From Octopus vulgaris (lineage: Eukaryota), in contig OX597817.1 of NCBI GenBank assembly GCA_951406725.2, forward strand, positions 89,404,001 through 89,468,000: DNA of 64,000 nucleotides, written 5' to 3'. Made by a program: the position numbers and the translations under genes. Below the pieces are notes generated by a model that saw nothing but the letters and a program-made list of their open reading frames with translations, was not told where the DNA came from and ran no database searches. How positions within the stretch are numbered: the first letter of the stretch is position 1; the number at the start of each line of letters is the position of its first letter. Shown piece after piece: positions 55,377 to 64,000 of the stretch.

Positions 55377-55727
55377 ATCTTCACCATTTTTTTTTCACTC
55401 TGCGGGGAAATAGTTAAATTCAACATGTTTGCATGTCTGGTACGTGAGTTTCCATAATACAGCCCACATAACATATACGAAACACAAACACCACCCAACA
55501 TTGTCACACAACTTATATTGCACATACACTACATCAAAAAGCAGAAGAGACACTAATAATAACGCAAAAAAACCATATAAGCAAAACAAATATGATATAC
55601 ACATACAATTCTACTTCGACCCAAAATAATACTGCACACCTACCCAAAGAATATGGAGATACACCTGGTGGTGCAGAAGAAACTCGCATGAATCTGTTGA
55701 AAATAGCTGATAATGAGAAGGGTTTCT

Positions 55728-55799
<72 letters not shown>

Positions 55800-56759
55800 A
55801 TACATACATGCATGCATACATTCATAGATATATACGCACATTCATATGTCAGGGGTAGGTGCAGTGTATGTAGTATATGTCAGTAAATGCATGCTCACGC
55901 ACATACATATAATTCCGTTTATATATATATATATATAGCATTCTAACATACGTATATTTACGACCAATTAGAAGCAGTTACGTCATTACTCAGCACGGAT
56001 TGCCAAGAGACATTCTGGTTAGCTCTCACGCCACCATTTTGTGTACATATCATTATTTGAGATGTTCCATCTTATCAAAGACAAAGACATTTTCTCCTTT
56101 TCGACCTCCTTCTTTCTCTTCTAATAAATACATACATTCATACATACATATACATATATACATATAAAACATACACGCACACCTGCTTACATAAATGTGT
56201 GTGTTTCTCTCCACATGCATATCATCTTGATTAAAGTAGTAGCTTCAATGTTACATTTACCTGTATGATGTCAGCTACTAACGTGACCGCACAGAAGGGT
56301 AAATAGAAAATAACTTAGACAGCAACGGTTCGTATCATGTCCTAGGCACCTCGCTTCGAGTGTGACCCAAACATATTCCGCTCAAATAGCTCACTCCATC
56401 TAGAAATAGTATCCAAATATCCCTCCAATAACACCTTACCGCCTTAAACAACGAAGAGCCACATCAGATAATGTAATCTTAGATGTAATGTATCTCGAAA
56501 ATAGACCGAATGTTCTCTACCGGAAAAGTTTTCATCATATATATGCATAATGTTGGCCAATAACACGACCAACAACTTAGTCCAAATAACGGTAAAAAGG
56601 TAGCAAACGGTACCCAGACAGTTTAGTTAACGAGTTTAACTAGCTTACGTAATGTTAAATTATTCTTGTGGGAAACATTAACAGTGATAAACTCGCATCT
56701 TCCAAGGGGAGATTTGTCTCTCAGTCACATCACATTATGCAGATTGGAGGTAAACATGG

Positions 56760-56952
56760 AGCCATGTGGATGATTGCGATTCAAAGGGTCAGTCTTGTCA
56801 TATTCTGTGTTACGCTGAATCCCTCTGAGAATTATGTTAGGAGTACGCGTGTCTGTGGAGTACTCATTAGCTTGGACGTTAATTTCACGAGCAAGCTGTT
56901 CCGTTGATCGAAACAACTGGAATGCTCGTCGTCGTAACCGACGGAGAGCCAG
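56760..56952 (+). mobile_element. 3' part of SINE family D
   Basis: acgctgaatccctctgagaattatgtt...aatttcacgag...gacggagagccag is the reverse complement of 50563-50710. Confidence 0.7.
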
Positions 56953-56963
56953 GGACATATACA

Positions 56964-57176
56964 CTTTACTCTTTACTCTTTTACTTGTTTCAGTCATTTG
57001 ACTGCGGCCATGATGGAGCACCGTCTTTAGTCGAGCAAATCGACCCCGGTACTTATTCTTTGTAAGCCTAATACTTATTCTATCGGTCTCTTTTGCCGAA
57101 CTGCTAAGTTACGGGGACGTAAACACACCAGCATCGGTTGTCAAGCGATGCTGAGGGGACAAACACGGACACACAA

Positions 57177-57223
<47 letters not shown>

Positions 57224-57377
57224 CAACGGGCTTCTTTCAATTTCCGTCTAACAAATCCACTCACAAGGCTTTGGTCGGCCTGAGGCAAGAAGACACTTGT
57301 TCAAGGTGCCACGCAGTGGAACTGAACCAGGAGCTATATGGTTGGTAAGCAAGCTAATTACCATATAGCCACTCCTG
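56964..57377 (-). mobile_element. Near full-length SINE family B
   Basis: Colinear with 12522-12907. Confidence 0.9.
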
Positions 57378-57389
57378 TATATGCAAATA

Positions 57390-57636
57390 CGGTAATGCCT
57401 CCATATACGAGTTAATTCGTTCCTGGAGATCGCTCGTAAAGCGAAAACTCATAAAGCGGAGCAATAATTACCCATGGTAGCAATGAAATTTTATGCCGTC
57501 AATTTACTCCGTCGCTGTGTAGACGCGTCAGAACCAGTGTTGTCACATGTTGCGACGTTGCTACACAGTTATTATAAAATAAAACTCGTAAGCTCGAGGC
57601 TCGTAAAGCGGGTCCTCGTAAAGGGAGGCGTTACTG
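57390..57636. mobile_element. Tigger/pogo-type MITE with TA TSD
   Basis: TIRs cggtaatgcctccatatacgag / ctcgtaaagggaggcgttactg, TA on both sides, subterminal ctcgtaaagcg repeats. Confidence 0.85.
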
Positions 57637-58051
57637 TATAAACCTTATATGTACATACATGCATACACACACATATAAGTGTGTGTGCATGTTAATATCT
57701 GTATGTAAGGGTTTGTGTGTCTGTGTGTCGGTGTTGAGTTTGCTTCTCAGCGATTCATATTTAGTGTTGATCTGTTAACTAATTCGGGTACGCTTGACTG
57801 GTCAAATCCTTTAAAGCGTTACCGCTTTAATGCAATCTAGGACCTCAAACAAACAAAAGAAACAGTGCACATTCTTCTATTCGATTTGTTTCTATAAACT
57901 TTGATATTTTCAAATTTATGTGAAAAGTATCAAACAACCGTATATGATGCCTTGTTGCAAGCTAATTCTTTTATTATTTAAGTGACAGAGAAATTATCAT
58001 TAACCTTGTGGTATTTCTAAGTTATTACTGGTCAAATCCTATCTTTCAGTC

Positions 58052-58055
58052 ACTT

Positions 58056-58087
<32 letters not shown>

Positions 58088-58461
58088 TTCCTCTCTCTCT
58101 CTCTTTCTAATTTCCTCTCTCTCTCTCTTTCTAATTTCCTCTCTCTCTCTCACTCTTTCTCTTTTCTTCTCTCTCTTTTTCTCTTTTCCTCTCTCTCTCT
58201 CCCACAGAACACTTTTCTCTCTCTCATTTTCTCTCTCTTTCTCTCTCTTTCTCTCGCTTCCTCTCACTGTCTTTCTCTCTCTCTCATTCTCTTTCTCTCT
58301 CGCTCGTTCTTACTCTCTGTCTCTTTCTTCCTTTCTCTCGCTTTTGTTCACTTTCTTCCTTACTTTCACGTTTTTCTCTCTTTCTCTCTCTTACTCTTTT
58401 TTCTTTCTGCCCTCCTTCCTTCCTTCTTCCCTTCCTTCCTTCCTTCCTTTCTTTCTTTCTT

Positions 58462-58500
<39 letters not shown>

Positions 58501-58614
58501 CTCTCTTTCTTTCTTTCTCTATCTCTTTCTTTCTTTCTTTCTTTCTTTCTCTCTCTCTCTCTTTCTCTTTCTCTTTCTCTCTCTCTCTCTCTTTTTCTCT
58601 TTCTTCCTTCCTTC

Positions 58615-58648
<34 letters not shown>

Positions 58649-58663
58649 CTCTCTTTCTTTCTT

Positions 58664-58706
<43 letters not shown>

Positions 58707-58709
58707 CTT

Positions 58710-58748
<39 letters not shown>

Positions 58749-58809
58749 CTCTCTCTCTTTCTTTCTTTCTTTCTCTCTCTCTCTTTCTTTCTTTCTCTCT
58801 CTCTTTCTT

Positions 58810-58854
<45 letters not shown>

Positions 58855-58900
58855 CTCTCTCTCTCTTTCTTTCTCTCTCTCTTTCTTTCTTTCTTTCTTT
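58052..58900. repeat. ~850-bp polypyrimidine (CT/CTTT)n tract
   Basis: Directly visible. Confidence 0.97.
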
Positions 58901-60028
58901 CGGCTTATTAACCCTCATCGAATTGCAAAGTAGTTTTCCAAAGCGTATAAATTGTTGGAAGTTCATCTTGTGGTTAGAGTAATGTGTCCGCAATGTGACG
59001 TAATTGTGTAATTTTGTCTCCACCCAAATCTGGGAGGGTTTTGAGGATAGGCTCCTCAGGCACCTCTTCCATAGAGTCCAGTCAGAAGCAGCTGTCATTA
59101 CACTTTCCACGTTTTATTTTGCAAGATGAAATATTGAAGTCTAATTTTGGCACAAGGTGAAGGGGCTAAGTCAATTACATAGGATGATGATGATAATGGC
59201 GTGTCAGTTTATTAGGGTTAAGGTAGGAATGAAATGAAACGAAAACAAAAAAGCAATAAGGCAAATTATGGTTGTAATTTAAGGGTAGATGGGAGAACGC
59301 TAGACAAGACTGTAATGATGGATACGAGTAAAAAACTGGAACGGACCTCTGTACATAAGGTATATTATGTAAAAATGTATGAAATAAGGTATTAGGCAGA
59401 AATTATAACAATAACTAATTTAAGTAGACGAAGGTAAGTAATGGTGATGATGATGATGCTGATGATGATGACGACGACGACAACACCGACGACGATGATG
59501 ATGACAATGGTCGTTCTCCGTGTCTAAAGATCATGGGGTAGAACAATAAGCCATTAAATGACAATGTAAACCGATCCTTGAATGACTGGCTATCACACAC
59601 TTGGCGCAAATATGTAAGCTTTGGCTTGATGGGGCTCATAACGATGACTCTTTTCTTCTTTGGCGTTTCTCACCCGCCGCAGTTTCTCCGGTGAAAACCG
59701 CGGAAGATACAGAACAGTTCGCAGGCAGCACTTGCTGAGAAAACGCAACGTTATTCTGATCAGGAGACATGAAATCCTTCTTAGATATAAATATATATTA
59801 GCGAAGGTGGCAGTAATAATATCGAAAGGTAATATTTATCCCCACTTAAACGTGGACGTTGTGCTAGGACAAACTATATTGCGGTAGTTACTATGAGAAA
59901 AAACTTTCATGTTGGCTTGCAGTGCAAAATGAACACTTGTTTATATCACTAGCAGGGAGATAAACACTTGCCATCTCCAGTGCCGAGATCACCAGTTCAC
60001 GTGATTTCAACCTTCCTGGGTCTTGCCA

Positions 60029-60107
60029 ATGATGGACACTCAACCGCTCGAGAAATCCTTCAATGAAGCGCTTCAAGCAGTATGTAGCTCTACTTACCAA
60101 ACTCAAG
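60029..60107 (+). CDS. Candidate first coding exon of an unknown host gene (MMDTQPLEKSFNEALQAVCSSTYQTQ, phase-1 donor)
   Basis: ATGATGG start context, open frame, consensus donor AAG|GTAAGT at 60107/60108, non-repetitive upstream sequence; no homology recognised. Confidence 0.25.
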
Positions 60108-60659
60108 GTAAGTAATAAGGGAACAAAAAAGTAATTAGTGAAAAAATAAAATGTATGGGGGGTGGCGATTCAGTTATGTAACTTGAACCTTAAAAGCAGA
60201 ACTTGACATGCCGTTTAGTCGGAAATGAATGAAGCCATGTCAAGAATTATTAGTTAAGGGGTTAATGCACCCCCTACCCACCATTCCAGCCACTTAATAG
60301 AAATTTAGAAATGAAACTCAAAAATTTAACAATAAAGACAAAACGTGAAAAAACCTAAAGTTTATGTGTAAGAACTAAAATTAAAGGACAGAAGAAATTA
60401 TGAATGATGAAGTAAAGAAGTGAAATTCTTAACACAATTGTATGATCCCTCCTTAAGTATTGAAGATGATACCTTACAGTTAAAGACTTCAAGATAAAAT
60501 TTGTGTACAGATTAAAATTAAAAACTGGTGGATTGTAAACGGTTCTTATTAGGTAAGATTGTAGAGAAAATATTCAAGGGTTGTGAAAACACTCTCCCTA
60601 CATGTACACAGACACGCTTACATACACACAAACACATTCACGCACACGCACACATAGAC

Positions 60660-60728
<69 letters not shown>

Positions 60729-60821
60729 TTATCTATACATACATTAGTATATACATATGTGCGCGTGTGTATGTATGTATGCATGCATGCATGCATCTAT
60801 GTATGTGTGTGTATATGTATG

Positions 60822-61980
60822 TAGGAATTGAAACAAAAGTTCGTACCATTTTTCAATCGGTGGCGTTTAATCACGTGATTTCATTTTTCACATAACTGAA
60901 GCATATAACACATATTTTCTGAAAAACATTTGAAGACGTCTTTCTATACGATTACTGTGTGGTTAACTCATTTATTGTGTTTTTACTTTAAAAGTGAATA
61001 TGCAAGAAAATGAGATACACTTTTTCTTCGTTTGTTGATCTTTTATTTCCGAAAAGGCAAAAACGCTGTACAAGAAGCAAAAACAATATGGGTAGTTTAT
61101 AGAGAAGGTGCCATAGTGGAGAAGGTCGTTCATAAGTGGCTCGCTAGGTTTAAGAGTAAAAATTTTTTATCTGGAATACCGTGAACTCACAATCGTTGAT
61201 GATGACCAAATAAAAACGCTAACAAAAATAATTCAGGTAAAACAACAAGACAGCGCTGAGACGCTCCACATATTTCATATGAATGTTCTATGTCGTTTAA
61301 AACACATGGGTACAGGAACTGAATGTTCATATGCAACGTTATTTAACGGAAAAAAAATATTAATAGACCGCATTTCCGTCTGCGGTTCACTTTTCAAACG
61401 CAACAAAAACGACCCATTTCTGACAAGAGCTATTCACAGATGAGGCAAAATGGATTGTTTACAACAATGTGGAGTGAAAAATTCCCTGGAGAAAGCGAAA
61501 CGAAATATCTTCAATAATTTCAAAAGCCAATCAGTTTTCAAAGAGGGTGATGTTCTGTATCTGGTGGGGCTGGAAAGTCATTCGGCTCTACGAGCTCTTT
61601 CCACAAAATCAAACGTTAAACTCAGACAATTATTGGCCTTAATTAGACTGATTAAAGGAGGCAGTCGATGAAAATCGTCCAAAATTGGCAAACGTTAGAC
61701 CTCATGCTTCCTAGCAGACCCGACAGAAGTCAATACAGCTTGGTTAGGATGTCCTATGACATCCACCGTAACACCTGACCTTGCTCTTTCAGAACACCAT
61801 TTATTTCGATCCTTACCAAATTCTCTTAAATTCATTGGAAAACTGTAAAAACCACATCGACCAATGATCATGAAGCTGCCTCAAAGATGGCGAAAGGTAA
61901 ATGTTTAAAAAAAAATTTGTGGTTCAATAAAGGTGTCTAACTATAATATATGAATCTTGTTTTTCAATTTTACTTTAAAT
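60822..61980 (+). mobile_element. Degenerate mariner transposon
   Basis: MQENEIHF..LLIFYFRKGKNA...VYREGAI..KVVHKWLARFKS; KWIVYNNV; MFCIWW; RPHAS; LG.DVL.HP, PDLALSEHHLFRSLPNSL. Confidence 0.85.
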
Positions 61981-62236
61981 ACATGTGTGTATATGCTTGT
62001 GTGTACATGTATATATGTATATCTATCTATCTATTTGTCTGTCTATCAGTTTGTCTGTCTGTCTGTTTGTTTGTCTGTCTATCTGCATGTCTATCTGTCT
62101 GTCTGTCTGTTTGTCTGTCTCACCCTCTCTCTTTATCTATTTACCTATCTATCTAGCTAGCTAGCTAGCTGAGTATCCACCCATCAAGCCGTCCGTCCAT
62201 CCATCCATCCATCCATCCATCCATCCATCCATCCAA

Positions 62237-62283
<47 letters not shown>

Positions 62284-62339
62284 TGTCGGTCTGCTTGTGC
62301 GTATGTGTGTGCATGTGTTCACTTACAAGTGTATTTATA

Positions 62340-62578
62340 CAGCAGCCTCTTGACTATCGCGGGTGTTACGTTCCAAAACCTCCCGCAGAAATCATTAAAA
62401 TCTAAAAAAAAACTATAAATACTTATAGGCCGCAGAAACATCGGATATATTGAGAAGTCCGATACATAAATTTACATATATTAGCCAGAAAAATTCGCAA
62501 TGTTCTGAGTGAGCGATAGGGAAACCGCGATGTACTGAGTGCGCAATAGGTGAACCGCGATATGGCGAGGGATTGCTG
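62340..62578. mobile_element. Tigger/pogo-type MITE with TA TSD
   Basis: TIRs cagcagcctcttgactatcgcgg / ccgcgatatggcgagggattgctg flanked by TA; subterminal aaccgcgat repeats. Confidence 0.85.
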
Positions 62579-62794
62579 TATATAACGACAGTCAGTCATA
62601 AAGTAAAGTACCATTCCATACTTTTAAGTAGAATTTCATATCTACTTTATTTTTTACAAAAAAGGTTTGACATTTATTTCGAAATTTCGGTTTAGTAATC
62701 TTCGATTGATTAAACAGATACTTCGAAGTCCCTATCAACCTTTTCCTTGCAAAATAAAAGAAATAATACATACACAACACATACATATAGATGA

Positions 62795-63330
62795 GTGTGC
62801 ATGTATGTATGTATGTATGTATGTATGTATGTATGTATGTATGTTTGTATGCATGCATGTATATATGTTTGTATGCATGCATGTATGTATGTATGTAAAA
62901 ATGTATGTATGTATGTATGTAGGTATCACTACCACACATTCATATACACATACACACGTGTTGTATGTGTATGTATATATGTATTATGCATGTAGGTATG
63001 TATGTTTGTAGCTATGTAGGTAGGTATTGCTCCCATACACACAGAGACAGACGCACAAATATATGTGTGTGTATGTGTCTGCATGCATATGTGCGTGTAT
63101 TATGTATGTAAATATGTCTGTATGTATATGTCTGTGTGTGTATGTCTGTATGTGTGTATGTATGTATGCATGCATGCATACATACATGTATGCATGCTTA
63201 CATCTGTCTGCCTATATGTATGTGTGTTTATGTTTGTCTGTCTGTGTGTATGTATGTATGTATGTACGTATAAATGTATGTATATATGTGTGTATGTGTA
63301 TATATGTATATATGCATGTATATTTGTGTG
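62795..63330. repeat. Degenerate (ATGT/GT)n low-complexity region
   Basis: Directly visible. Confidence 0.9.
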
Positions 63331-63517
63331 TTTCTCGATAGCCAACTCCACCAACAACCTCTACGCGGCTCTGCATCATCTGTGCACTCTGTCGTATCCA
63401 TAGGAACTGAATATGCGTAGCGTCTAACACAATTTATTTCCACCATCACCATGGTTACTGTCTTCCATCGTTGTTGGTTTACTCTACAGCCTGTTGAGAG
63501 CAGCGTCTGGAAAAGCC

Positions 63518-63523
63518 AGCAGC

Positions 63524-63592
<69 letters not shown>

Positions 63593-63884
63593 GGTGGTGG
63601 TGGTGGTGGTGGTGGTGGTGGTGGTGGCGGTGGTGGTGATGGTGGTGTTGGTGGTGATGTTGTTGGTGGCGGCGGCGGCGGCGGTGGTCGTGGTCGTGGT
63701 GATGCTGGTGGCGGCGGTAGTTGTTGTGGTGGTGGTGGTGGCGGTAGTAGTAGTAGTGGTAATGGTAGTAGCAGTAGTAGTGATGCTGGGAGGGCTATTG
63801 TTACTGATATCATCTCTACTACACTTTATCATGGACACCATCACTGGTAACATCATCATCATCATCATCATCCTCATCATCATC

Positions 63885-63916
<32 letters not shown>

Positions 63917-64000
63917 CATCATCACAATCATCATCAGCATTATCACCATCATCATCACCATCATCACCATCATCACCATCAACATCGTTGTCGTAATCAT
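63518..64000. repeat. (AGT)/(GGT)/(CAT) compound microsatellites
   Basis: Directly visible. Confidence 0.95.

Larger units (their letters stand above)
54694..55460 (+). repeat. Diverged tandem repeat (~310, ~280 bp and a partial third unit), each unit with a hammerhead motif
   Basis: Units begin atataaacggatt/atatgaactggat at ~54694, ~55006, ~55288 and share tcgatt, catgttt..at, gcctctg, catgcaaattag, tagatttg. Confidence 0.85.

Noticed and set aside
54694-55460. CRISPR-like array
   Set aside because: Whole units are homologous with no unique spacers; eukaryotic context with no cas genes

Overview
AT-rich, microsatellite-dense eukaryotic DNA with no convincing intact host gene. The SINE and microsatellite content resembles an octopus (coleoid cephalopod) genome; this is an inference, not verified. 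Most long ORFs in the track are simple-repeat artefacts. The real content is degenerate transposable elements. These include a Penelope-like element (RT + GIY-YIG) with a ~480-bp inverted terminal duplication, and three to four Tx1/L1-type LINEs, one with a 16-bp TSD. There are also at least six R4/Dong-type fragments abutting (AAT)n in a strand-consistent way, several tRNA-derived SINE families, mariner and Chapaev3-like transposase relics, and Tigger- and hAT-type MITEs. The most notable items are: (1) a diverged ~300-bp tandem array carrying minimal type I hammerhead ribozyme motifs (retrozyme-like, 54.7-55.5 kb); (2) further variant hammerheads in Penelope-type termini; (3) a ~580-bp non-coding element present twice with identical ends, both in (AAT)n; (4) a SINE sharing its 3' tail with the Tx1 LINEs; (5) a 144-bp near-perfect palindrome; (6) a candidate first coding exon near 60.0 kb. 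Boundaries were read by eye and are approximate unless stated.
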